A DNA stretch of 64,000 nucleotides, from NCBI RefSeq assembly GCF_009914755.1, contig NC_060929.1; one strand, 5' to 3'. This document shows, one piece after another, positions 1 to 12,900 of the stretch. Source of the DNA: the human T2T-CHM13v2.0 reference genome, Homo sapiens. The translations under genes were made by a program, and so were the position numbers. How positions within the stretch are numbered: the first letter of the stretch is position 1; every line of letters starts with the position of its first letter. Under the pieces are notes generated by a model that was not told the DNA's origin, made no database searches, and saw only the letters and a list, made by a program, of their open reading frames with translations.

Positions 1-749
1 CCATCATTACATCATTTCATTTTATAAATCCTCAACTCCCTCACTTGTTTCTCCCTCCACAATACTACCATGACAAAACTCAAATCCACATAAAGTCTTA
101 GCCATTTGACTTATTCTCATAACTGGATAATAACACATCATCCAGCTGACTGGATTCACTTGAACTACATGACCATAAATATCTATTGGTTCTTAAGCAT
201 CGCCACTAATTCTGTTACATTTTTTAAAATTACATTTTTTCTGTCCTCAACGTATCAATTCTCCAACCTCTCATTTTTCAAGTTAAGAAAGCAATTAAGT
301 AAGAACTTTATGTAACTAGCACTTTATGTAACTTTATGTAACAAACTAACCACTGGGGAAACCAAGTGAAAAAGTGTTTTAGAAATAAAGGAGAGAATAT
401 TTGCTGTCAAGATAAAGAGATGGAGAAAGTGCATATATACAATTATTTGAGAAGTTTTATTAAAAAGGGAGAATTGAGAAATAGTAAAGAGGAATAGTAG
501 GATAATGTTTATTTATTTTTTTTTTAGTTGAGAGACATTATAGTGTGTTTGTGTGCTGAAGTATCTCAGTAGGGGAGGAAACATTAAGGATTTGGAATTA
601 CTGGTGCTATTAATTTTAATAAGATTTATAACATAAAAGAGCAGGAGAGACGGTGAATGATTACATGAGCAAAGAACTTGGGTAATATACAGGAAGAAAG
701 ATTGGCCTCATATAAGAACAAAGCCACCATTACATACAAGCAGATGCAA

Positions 750-985
750 GCAGTAGGTAGTATTTACTGAGTGCCTCAGCACCCAACACGCAGAGTCTTT
801 CTCTTTTCCATGTGCTCTACACTTTGTGTATGTGACAGCCTTTAAACATTCTCAATGTAATCCTCACAAAAATCTTATGAAATCTTCTTTTACAGTTGAA
901 GAAACTGGTGCGTCAGAGATAAAGTAATCCAAGGCCACAGTGGTACAAATGGCAGGGCAGGACTCAAAGGCAGGCCAGTCTAACT
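750..985 (-). mobile_element. MIR SINE remnant
   Basis: 'tttactgagtgcct...ttttacagttgaagaaactggtgcgtcagagataaagtaatccaaggccacag...ggcagggcaggactcaaa' resembles the reverse-strand MIR core; boundaries approximate. Confidence 0.6.
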
Positions 986-1896
986 ATATAGCTTTCCCTT
1001 TCCAGCCACTTCCCTGATTCTTATGTCATTGTCATACCTGGGGTTTGTAGTGCCTGCAATGAAAACTCCCCACTTGGAGTAGAGGCAAAGCGAAAATACA
1101 CTAAGCTTAAATACAGGTTAGTTTTCAATGTCTGTGCCTCATGCCTTCTTTCTCATTTTTGCTACCCCTTTTCTCCCTTGGCATAGTGACATCGATAGTT
1201 CTTTCTAATGACACTAATTGCTTCCTTTACAACCCTTACCAGAAACTTTGAAAGTTGGATGTTTTCCTGAGGCAGAGATTTGAGTACGGTGGCAGGATAC
1301 AAACCAGCAGCAGTTGCAGAAGGGCGCTTTACTCTTTTAGTGAGCACCTGACTGTTTCTCTTATTGGCCAAAACAAATATGGCCTAGCAAGTGCTTGACG
1401 TCTTAATAGCTGTGAGATTATTCATGAATAAGTCCCCTAATTAATTTATAATTATGTGCAGTTTATTGCTCTATGAGATTAAGAACACGTTAAAGACTTT
1501 TGAGTTGAGGCAACCTGAGGTGGGTCATCCTCCAGCATATCAGAGCTCATTCTTTCATAAAGCAAAGCCTTTTTGCAGATCAAGGAGAATTCTACTTCTC
1601 TACCTATTGCTTTTAAATTAGTTCTGCACAAATTTTTTTGTAAGTATTCAAGATTCTTACTTTTTTAATATATACCTTTTGGAAACCATTTAAAAAATGA
1701 GCAACTATTCATTCTGTCTGGCTCTCAGTGTGTGTGTGTGAGTGTGAGTATGCATGCATATGCACCCTTGATTTTTCTTATCTCCTGATTATTGGTGGTA
1801 AATGGTATAAAGATTTAACAATAGTTTATTGCTTATGAGGCATTTCCATTCTAGAATATTATACCTTAAAAGAATTAAAGTTTGTGTGATTGGTGA

Positions 1897-2241
<345 letters not shown>

Positions 2242-2273
2242 TAGTATTAATATTATAAAAATTGGCAATTATC

Positions 2274-2632
<359 letters not shown>

Positions 2633-3503
2633 TTACACACATCTTATTTAACCTGGGCTTGTTTCTGTGTCTACTTCATCCCAAATCAATTTCTGGGTAG
2701 AAGGTGAAAATTCTTTTTCCGCAGAAGAAAGTTAGCCTATCTAATTTACTTGTAGTGAATATATAGTATTATTTGACTTTTTAATAATTTCAAGCTATTT
2801 CCTTACTTTGGCGTATAGAAAGTTCAAAAGTCTTATAATTTTTGTCTTTTCTTTAATTTTTGTATGTGCTGGTTATAAACTGTTTCATCAAACTAGTAGA
2901 TACCTAATTAGCAAATTGCCTTGTTGATTAATCTGGCCCATTAAAATTAATACAAAGAAGATCTTCATGAGATAAATTTAGTAAATTTAATATTTTTTGA
3001 TACCATGCACTGTTGCAAAGGGTAAAATCAATCAATATTTATTAATTCACAGTGAATAAAGAGATCCCCACATAATTACATAATATTTAAAATTATGTAG
3101 TATTAACAATTACATTAATCAAGGCACATAAGGAAAAGTCAAAATGTCTCCACACGAACATTCTTTAAAATTCAATGTAGAGTTAAGAAATCGTGTTATT
3201 AATATGATTGTAAATATAAAACATATCAATTGTTTTCATAATGTTGATTTCCTTTGAGGAGTAGCTCACATGTTAAGCAATATTTTGCTGCTGGAATTAA
3301 TTACTTAAATGTCCGTCCTATCAGTGAAACAACTAAAAAGTAAAATTGACAGAAATTTGTATCATACGCTATGAATCTCTGACCATGAATTTGGCCATAT
3401 GCTGGAATGAAAGATTCCATGCCCTAATTGTCTCACTGAGAAATATTTATTTACTAAATAGCTTTAACTTATTAAACAGTTATCATGTATGAGAATTAAT
3501 TAA

Positions 3504-3551
3504 GTCTATGGCCATACCACTATGAATGAGCCCGATCTCATCTGATCTCGG
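3504..3551 (+). pseudogene. 3'-truncated (tailless) 5S rRNA retropseudogene, 5S nt ~1-48
   Basis: gtctatggccataccactatgaatgagcccgatctcatctgatctcgg versus 5S GTCTACGGCCATACCACCCTGAACGCGCCCGATCTCGTCTGATCTCGG (6 mismatches in 48); TSD gagaattaatt(a/g)a at 3491-3503 and 3552-3564. Confidence 0.9.
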
Positions 3552-3701
3552 GAGAATTAATTGAATATAATCTGTGACTTTGGACGAGTTTCAGAACACC
3601 CGAGGCTTAACATTTACTTTTTTTTTTTCTATCTGCAGAACTGGAGTTGTCATAGCTACTTCATTTATTTATTGTGATGAAATGTAATTATGTATATAGA
3701 A

Positions 3702-4450
3702 CAGAGGGTGCAAGCTGAAATGCTCCATTGAATCTGGTCCACAGAACACTTTGTGTGGCATGTATGCTGATTTAAAGATAATCTCAGCCAATATTTGAAA
3801 TTGCGAACATTTTATATAAAAATGAAGATTTCTGATTTTTCTTAAAAATTCAGAAGATGTGGCAGCAGTGAGCCTACATTCCTGGAGGCAACAACTGTTT
3901 GTATATTGAAAGGCCTAAAATGTTAAGTGCTTTCTTGACAAGCTTGAGCTGCTCAGCCTATCTGTAGATTCCTTTTGTCTCACCAGATAGGCGCCCAACG
4001 GAGCAGCAAAGAATCCCCAACCGGCAAGCCCTTCTATCAGCTGGTCTAGCTACGCCTCACCCAGCTCTTCACTTACCAGGCTTCACCTATCTACCAGCCT
4101 GCTAAATGGCTCAATGAAGCCAATCACATCCACCTGTGGGAACCAGGTGGTTCCTTCTGTGACTGCGAAGCCTGTCTCTCACAGTCTCTGCTGGCTCACT
4201 GATACAAGTGCAACCCTGTGTAGCACTCCTCCCCCAGGCTATCAGTATTGCAAGTAATAGACGGCTGTCAGTCACATCTACCCAGTGTCAGGTGTCATGT
4301 ATTTGGCCGCATCATCCTATAGAGGGCAGGAAATCCTGTCCTCACAAATGAATGAGTAGGAGATTGTCAAAATGAATGGAGTTTAGTAGTAGCTGTGTCT
4401 TTAGAGAGGGAACTTGCTTGTCAGTTCTTCACACTCATGTTCAGTCTCCT
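3702..4450. mobile_element. MER102-like hAT/Charlie DNA transposon remnant, split by an LTR
   Basis: 'cagaagatgtggcagcagtgagcctacattcctggaggcaacaa' resumes after ~480 bp as 'tggagtttagtagtagctgtgtctttagagaggg', colinear with the recalled MER102 consensus. Confidence 0.55.
3896..4372 (+). mobile_element. Probable solo LTR (ERVL-like; MER73/MER74 group tentative)
   Basis: TG start, ~480-bp GC-richer insert interrupting a MER102-like element, CCAAT motif near 4120; family assignment uncertain. Confidence 0.45.
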
Positions 4451-6515
4451 TCACTGGTTGATTTTGCTTTCCTGGCTGTCATAGACAGCTGCATTGTTGT
4501 ATAGTGTATAGCTCAATTCTATATACATAAAGCTCTTAATATGTGTAGTTAATTTATTATATTATGAGAGAAGGTAACATTTGAGGTAGACCTTCAGGGC
4601 AGAGAATGTGAGGTGGAGATAGGAAGAAGGTTGGGTGGGGGGATTCATTACAGATAATTACTTCCTTGTAATGTGTTGACTTAGATCTCCTTCCCAAGAA
4701 CATGAGAATCTTTTGCGTCAGTTGTGTTAGATCCTAAAACTCCTAACCTTAAGTTCTATTATCATCCCTGCTCTATTCTCATTCAACCAATGCTGAGAAT
4801 AATCAAGGCACAACATATTAAGCAGATGCTTGTGAGATAAGAATCCATTATGAGAGATCTGCTAAGGTGAGAATAGAATTTCTTGCAGAGAATAGAAGAA
4901 TATAGTGTTGGAGAGATAGGGTAGGACCATATTAAACATCAATTTCCTCTGAGCAGTTTGTGCTGTATTTCTAAGCCAACATTTTAAGAAAGGGTGTCTG
5001 ATTTATGGTCAGGTCATCCTCTAGCCATGTGGAGGATGGGTGGGAGCCAAGTTTTCAAAAGTGTTCAGTGGAGCCAAAGAGTTTATTGGAGGTGCTATAG
5101 GCATTCTTCAAGCACATAATTCCAATGCAGTTTTTAAAAGATAATTTAACATTTTCAAACAGATTAAAAGTCATGCACAGAATAAGAAATTTTGAATATT
5201 GGAGACTTCATGGTATTGAAAGGTGCTGCTGGCTTAACTCCTTTGTTGAATGTCCTGAACTTGGGGTAAATCTCCCCTGGCTGCTTTTGCACATTTATTT
5301 GAGGCACTTATAAAAATATATTTGATTAGGGAGGTTACTGCTCCACATTGGTTTTGATTTTGTGCTCTTTGTTTATGTAGATGTTTGTGTTTTTAACCCA
5401 TTTTGCCCTGTGAGAATATTCAAGTAAAAATATTGTTTCCAGATCCATGGTTTGAAATCACACATCTGGCAAAAGCAGGCACATCAGCTGGGTACAGGTT
5501 CTCACCACACTTTGTCAGTTGCACAGTAATAAACAAATGCTTAATGCCTAGAATGGAGGTAATATTATATTGTACTATCTTTTGCACTTACATTAAGCTC
5601 TATTTAATATTTGCCCATTTTATATTTTACAATCTCACTGGACATTTCAGTGGCCTCTTTTTTGCCTAACATTTATCAACAATATATCTATTTATGTTTT
5701 ATTGGAGAGGTAACATAATTACCCTTGAAACTAGAAGTGAATTTTTAGTTAAAAATAAGTTTAAAACTAGCATTTAAAAATTGACGGCTATAATGAAAAT
5801 CATTTGGCTGAAAATAATATGTAAGTTGTAGCACCAACTAATTTCACAACTAGTGGTAAATACCATGAAAACAGAATAGAACATAAAGGTGAGAGTTCAT
5901 GGTTTTGATTTTTTGTTGCTTGGGGGTTTGTTTGGACAACCTACTGTATTATATATATTACCCCAAGTTGTGATATGAATCACACTGCTTTTAGACCTAG
6001 GCATGAGGAGCCTCTGCCCTGGGTCCCATGCTTTAGAGGGTTCTATTTTTTTGTTCTTTATAGCTACATCCCTTTTCATAAAGCAAATGAGTTCATTAAA
6101 TTAAAGAATAATCTCAACTGTTTTCCAGACCATGTTCTTGGTGTTCTGTATTCCAGAATTTTCTGCCCACAAGTCTACTTCCAAGGTCTACATGGAGTTC
6201 TTACCTAGGTCAATCCCCCTGAAACATCTATGCTGCTGGTTTGTATACCCCTAGGACTGAGGAGTGGCGAAGGGTTGTCTTTTTATTGATTGTTTTGGAG
6301 CTTTGACTTGTGGTCAAGATGACCACTTACATGCATGAAAAGCACCTCAAGGTGTGAAATGAGGTCAGAGACAAGGAGAGAAGCTGATCAGACTGCAGAC
6401 TGGGGGCCAATTGGTAGGACGCCACCATATACCACAGCAGGACTCGGTGGAGTCCAGAATCCTAAATTCAAATCTGGTCATCCACATCCTTATGGAGGTA
6501 TATTTCTCAAGGTAG

Positions 6516-8047
6516 TGTCACGGAATCCTTGGGGTGTCCCTTCACCAGCTGGAAATATCTATAGCTGGTGGTGCCTTCTGCCTGAGTATTGCTTGCACCC
6601 AATAAGCTTGTTCTACCCACTTTGCCTGGCAGGCTGCATTCACCTCACACTACCAGCTCAGATCCAACACCTGCCAAGGGTGAGTGAGGCACGGAGTGGC
6701 AAGGGGTGTGTGGGTAAGCAAGCGTGGGGTCTTGCCACTGTGCACAGCCAGGCATACTGGTTGCTGCAGCAGGGCAGGCAGCTCCAGGTGCCAGCACAGG
6801 TGCCAGCTCTATGCAAGGCTGCAGGTGGACCAGATGTACCACACGTGGCTTCCACTATGGGCACCTGTGTTTAGACAAGGGGATCACAGTGGGATCTGGA
6901 AGCTTGGAGATGCGAGGAACCGCAGAGCCCCAAAGAGGGTGTCACAGCCCTGGCTTGGGGAACCCCTAGGTCAGGGCTCCCCAAAGGCCCACAGCTCCTC
7001 TCTCCTTCCTGTCACCCACAACATGGCAAGAGGGGCTGGGGCGCATTTCAGTCCAGCCATTCAGTGGGTCCTGAGTTCTTGTCCCACCTCCAGGAAGAAT
7101 GAGGTACATGACAACTGGAGGGTGAGCAAGGTGGAGAGGAGCTTCGTTGAGTGACAGAACAGCTCTCAGGAGACCCAAAGTGGGTAGCTCCTTTCTGCAG
7201 CAGGTCTTCCTGACGAGTGTCCTGCTCTCAGTGGAGAGAAGGCCTAGAGTGGGTAACTCCTTTCCACAGGCAGGCTGTTCCAATGTCTGTTGGGGTCTAG
7301 CTGAGTCCAGGGTTTTTATGGTCTCAGAAGGGAGGAAGTGTGTGCTGATGGGTCCATGGGCAGCCATGGGTGGGCCTGAGAAAAGCACCATAAATTCTCA
7401 CTCTGGGCCATAAACTCCATCCAAAACTGGCAGCCCGGCCTCCAGGGTTCAGGCTCTCCTTGGCTTAAAAGTGAGGTTTCACCAGGGACCCACCCCTTTC
7501 AGCCCAAGAACCTGTCTGCTTCCTGCCAGCAACATGCCATCCACTATGCCCAGGCTGTTCATGCAGAGGAACACCTGCAGTCCAGTGCCAAGCCACCCTT
7601 CAGCCCTGCTTCTGGCCTCCCTCCCTGAGCTCCTCAGTGCCCATAGCTTCAGAGGGGGGCCAAAGGAGAGTAGGGATGGGCTGGCATGTCAGCGCTGCCC
7701 CAAGTGTGCACATACCTGGCTAGATGGCAACAGTGCCTATGTTCAACTTCAACTTTGCTCCAAAATCAAAGTGGGTGCCAGGAGCAGAGAGAGACCAGGG
7801 AGCAGGAGCAGGCACTTCCAAGCCTGCAGGGGTAGGGGGCTGCTTTCTGAGCCCCTGAGAGTGCAGGGATGCCCAGATCTAGAGCTGCAGCTGGGCAGCT
7901 GCAGCTGTGCTTGGGAGTGCAGGACTCCTGCCCCTTTAACTTGATAGGGGACAGGGCTCCTGCCTGTTCCTGGTATCTACCAGCTCTACCACCCCTGGTG
8001 GAGCTGGTGTCCCTGCAGTGGCTGCTCCAGAAAGGCTACCACTATTA
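6516..8047 (-). mobile_element. MER52-family ERV1 solo LTR
   Basis: Termini tgtcacggaatccttggggtgtc... and ...gctgctccagaaaggctaccactatta are the reverse complement of the MER52 ends; 4-bp TSD gtag/gtaa; homologous to 29762-31261. Confidence 0.85.
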
Positions 8048-8567
8048 GTAAGAGATAGAACATTTTCAATATGGTATGGGAGTTTTCATTTATATTCTTG
8101 TTCTAGGTCCTGCAAATATCAAAGGTTTTTCTGCATGAGATAAAATTTATATTATCCTTACAATAATCCTATAGGTGGACACGACTGTTTTCCGTACTTT
8201 AGAAGAGGGAACCAAGGCACAAGATAACTGCATAGCTATCTGTGGCCACACAGCAGTGAGCAAGGTTTTGAAGAAGGCTGGTATTGCCATCCTAAGGTAT
8301 CTTAACTACCGTACTGTGCTGCTTCACAAAACACTGCACCAAAACTTCTCACAGAAAATTCCTGGACAACAAGAAAGCTGATGCCAGTAATTTATTGGAT
8401 TCACCTTTTAAGGTAATAAAAATTACCTCAGTCCATAATATATTTTATGCTGTAAAATTGATGTTTTTATAGCCCCTGCTGTTATAATGTCATTTTGTAA
8501 GAAAACATTCAGCACATAAAAACAAGGCTCTTCTCTTTCATCATTTACTGAACAGCTTAACGTTTTC

Positions 8568-8598
8568 AACACACACACACATACACACACACACACAC
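8568..8598. repeat. (CA)n microsatellite
   Basis: Direct reading; one interruption. Confidence 0.9.
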
Positions 8599-9841
8599 AA
8601 ACAAAATTCAAATGTCTCAATAAAAATTTGTATTCAAAATAAATTATATTTATTTGTATTCAATAAAAATTTCTATTCAAAATAAATTGCATTGCAATGA
8701 AGTAGGCATTATTCTATACACAGATTTATGAAATCTACTTTTGACATTATAATGAGTCTTTTGCATACATAAATTGCTAAAGAAAGCATTGCCTAATAAT
8801 TCTGTTTCAGAGAAGAATCAAACAATGTGCAACATACTAGATGCATCTCTTTAAAGGAAAGAATTATGTGGAATCTTTATAATTTACCTCTATGAGAGCA
8901 TAGGATTGCTGGTTTTTCTATTTTGATTGATTTTTTTAAAAACATAGCCATGCGATAGACCAAAGTGTGATTTTTTTTTTTTTTTTTGTAAATCACACAG
9001 TAATTTACAACAGAAGAAGAAAAACTTAGTTTTAACACAGTATCCAGTAGACTGGCAAAAGTGTAGTGATGCCCTACTCATGATGTGAATACACTGTGAG
9101 CAAGAAGCATACCCACACAGGTGTAACAACACTTTAAAAATGTATGTAAGTCTTGGAGATTAGCTAACTGTTAAGAAGATGACAGTGTCTTCAAAACAGT
9201 ATCAGATAATTCCACATAAATTCTTGATTTAGTGGGTACAATTTTAAGTTTCAGATTTTTTAGTTACCTGTAATCATATTGGCAGTGAGTTCCAGAAATT
9301 TTCCTTTTTATGCTAATTAGATAAATGTCTTTGGGTGAAGTACTGAATCAAGTATTTAAAATGAGATGGGAAAATGCTACCTTTTAAAGACAAGAAGTAA
9401 ATTCTTTAGCCAACTACCTCTTAAGCAAAGTTGTGTCATTTTGAACACCTGAATGTGTTAGAGTTGAATGAATTTGACTTAGAGCTGCAGATAAAGTGCC
9501 AGAAATGAAATTAAAACATCTGAACCTAACGTTAAAACAAAATAAATGTGGCTGCTTTGAGACATTGAATGGATAGCTGATAAATATCCATGGATAAATG
9601 GTAAAGTTTTTAATATTTAAAAATATGTACCATTGACTACTTCATACTGCTACAAAATGCATTTGAAATTTTTTTTCTGGCCAAGGAACCTATTCATCCA
9701 CTCTCTCCAAATTAAATACTTACTAGAGAAATGTTGGCACTTATTAACCTTGTAATATGAATTAGAAACAAACTTGACCTTCATATATTCTTTTACACTT
9801 ATGAATCTATTTAACTGCATGATTTATCTGCATGATTCAGA

Positions 9842-9922
9842 ATTTTCTTGATACCATGTAACTGAAGTAAGATTTAGAAATATATTTTCTTGATACCCTG
9901 TAACTGAAGTAAGATTTAGAAA
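9842..9922. repeat. Tandem duplication, 39-bp unit x2 (period 42)
   Basis: attttcttgatacc(a/c)tgtaactgaagtaagatttagaaa at 9842-9880 and 9884-9922. Confidence 0.95.
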
Positions 9923-12900
9923 GCTGAGGTGACAGTTGTCACCCATAATGCTGATAAATATAGGAATGAGTCAATTATAAATTTAAACCTTTTGTGGCAT
10001 TATGCTACCAAAATATCTCTTTTTTAAAAAAATTTGTGGGTGCTGCATAGAGCTTTATTAAAATTACGGCTCAGCTGTTCAAATACTTGATGAGAAGACA
10101 GAAACCAGCAGAGGACATGCAGGAGTTTGAGCAAGAGCTGCTGAGGGCCAGAACCAGGGTGCAGTGTGGGGAGAGAGAAAAAAAGGAACCTGGGCTTAAG
10201 AGTTTAACAGTCATCGCATAATTGTCCCTATCTAAAAAAGTGTGTCCAATGTAACTTTGTCCTAGCAGCAGCTGCTGATTTGTTTTGATTTACCCAAAGA
10301 AGATTGGACAATCTCTAAAGAGAATTATGATGTTCCTTCTAAGACCCGGTGCTGTATACAGAACATAAAAGTCCTTTCTTCCAGGCAGGCTGACCATTTG
10401 AACATGTGTAATTATAGAAAGAGAAAATAATCAGGCCCGTTGATTCCACTTAGATGACTGAAAGTTACCTGATCATGGGAGTATCCTCATGTCCTCATGT
10501 CTCTTTATTCTTAACTAACACATATTCATCTATTTTTTACTGGCAAGTGCCTCATAAAGCTAATATCCTATATTGCTTCATATAAAGGAAAAGGAAAACT
10601 TTTATTACCTCAATACATCCAGCAAGCAATTTATTCTTTAAAAAAAACTTTACTAGTGAATGAAATTTTAGTTTAATATAAAAAAAACACAAAAACAAGT
10701 AAGACAAAAAAACTTTCTTATCTATTCCCCTATTTTTCAGTTGTTTCCCAAAAGCGGGGTACTGTGTCTTTGTATTCAAAAAATGGGTCATGGTAAAAAA
10801 AAAAAAAAGAAAGAAAGAAAAAGAAAAAGAGAAAGAAAATGTGTAGTTCCTGGGAGATCACTACTGCAAACCAATATCTTTAACTTAGTATCTTCCTCCT
10901 CCTCCCACGTGCACTGATGAATGACACCTCGCCCAAAACACCCAACCCCACTCCCCAGCAGCATAGCTGTGGGCTATGTTGATCTGTTCACTGAAGAAAT
11001 TTTACTGCTGAAATTCTATTTGGTGTAACGTTATCAATTGGCTTTTAATTTTAGAATAGTATTGCAAATGAACTCAGTGATTACTTATCAAATTATTAAT
11101 ACTTTGCTGTTCTGCTCTTTAAGTCAGAAAAGAGGATATGAGGTATTGAGCAAAGGGACTGCTCTGAAGGTTAAAAACCAAAACAACAGCAACAACAAAA
11201 ACATTGTTAATGTGGCCTCGTACCTTTCAATTACACCCATTGCCTGCGTACAAAGATTTCTCCATTTGGCAGGCCACAAGTGCTGAAATAAATGAGTGTC
11301 TTAAGTATTCCACTTTTGATAAGAAATAAAGATTATTTGTAATTTCACTGAAGGGACTGCTTTTTTTCTTTCACTGTGACTTCACAGAATGTGAAGTTGA
11401 ACATTGAAATAGTATCTTGATAATATTACTTTAAAATCTCACTTTGCCTGACTGTATCAAATAACCATTGGTGGCTGAAGAGAAATTTGAGCAAGCCGAA
11501 TAACTAATGCTTTCAATCTTTACATAGTCTCTGTGAGATCAAATATAAATTATATGTACTTTTATTCTTATAAATAGGTTTATTGAACTCCTTGCTGAGT
11601 GTATTTTTTTCTGACCTAGTAAGTGAGGTATTATCTGAGGCAAAACAGCATGGAGAGTGTTTATTTACCAGACGGGGAGGATAAGGAAACCAGGATCTCG
11701 TAACGGACTTGACATGAATGGTGTGTACTGTGCCCTTTCCTTTGGAGCTTCAGCAGCTACTAAATCCTGCTGGGCTTCCTATTGCTGGCTGACAAGAAAC
11801 AGAAGCCTCTTCCCACAAGTGACTGGTGGCAGATGGATCAAGCCACTGAAATGCTATGCCCCAGACTTTAATCTGTCCAGCTGAACTGGGTCATTACAGA
11901 GTGTGCTTTTGCACACTGCTGCTCTTAGGCCGCAATTTATGTGTAGTGTGGGCAATAGTTAGTTTAATTTAGCACATTTATTTTAAACACCTACTATATG
12001 CCTGGCAAGGTGCTGTGTGCTTTTCAAAGGTTAAAAAAAAAAAAGACATGAACACAATGTATTAGCTTGTTGTGTTTCATTTTTAAAGGGAGTAATGAAC
12101 GTGAATCTAAGAAGACATGTAATTGAAATAAATCAACATACCTTGGTCCTCAATTTTCCTTTAGATTAGCAAATTCATTCATGAGTAATTAATGACCAGA
12201 GTAGTTAGGGAAATGAACAGGATAAATATGAATAGGTATTTAGGGTAAGAGAATAATATATTTTAAAAATCTCAAAAATTGTAATTGCACATATGGAATT
12301 TTAAGTAATGGCTATTATTATTTACTTTTTGGATTTAGATTTAGAATTACAGAGAACAATATAATAACAATTTTATATTGTTCTAATCTCCTATCTACTT
12401 ATTTATCTATCTATCCATTTATCCTTTCATCCACCATATATCCATCCATCTGGTTATTTCTATTTATCTAAAGTTTTCTTTGGTGAAAACTGAGTTTCCT
12501 AATCATTTCTCATATAAACTACTATAATTTTTTCATCTATACCTAATAATTAAAATAATTGAGCTCTGGATCAGGCACATTGCCTAGGATTTTTATCCTG
12601 AGAAAGCTGGCTCCTGGGTAGTACTGCCTGAAAATGATGCTGGCAAAAGCATCCAAAATACCAAAGGCAAATCTTATTCTAGAGGTTTTATGAGCCCAGA
12701 AAGTCCTTCCTCTAAACAACTTGCCCACTTTTGCATGTGTTGCCATCTTTTCATTCTTAAGCACTTTGAGAAACATAAACTGGAAAACACGATCTGTTTT
12801 TAGACTTATCCCTTAGCCCAAGTTAGGGAGAAAAAGTGGGGAAGACTTGTGGGCCTATTTTATAGATGTGAGTGTATGAGAACATCTTGTGGCATCCAAG

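Noticed and set aside
6335-7944. Cluster of 140-180-aa ORFs (also at 29701-31248 and 59780-60409)
   Set aside because: They lie within GC-rich MER52/LTR1 LTRs, overlap on both strands and show no recognisable domains.
9842-9922. CRISPR-like reading of the short direct repeats here and elsewhere
   Set aside because: Only two copies each, no spacer series or cas genes, and the DNA is primate.
10117-10200. Coding-looking stretch MQEFEQELLRARTR...
   Set aside because: Short, closes quickly, no convincing splice sites and no recognisable protein.
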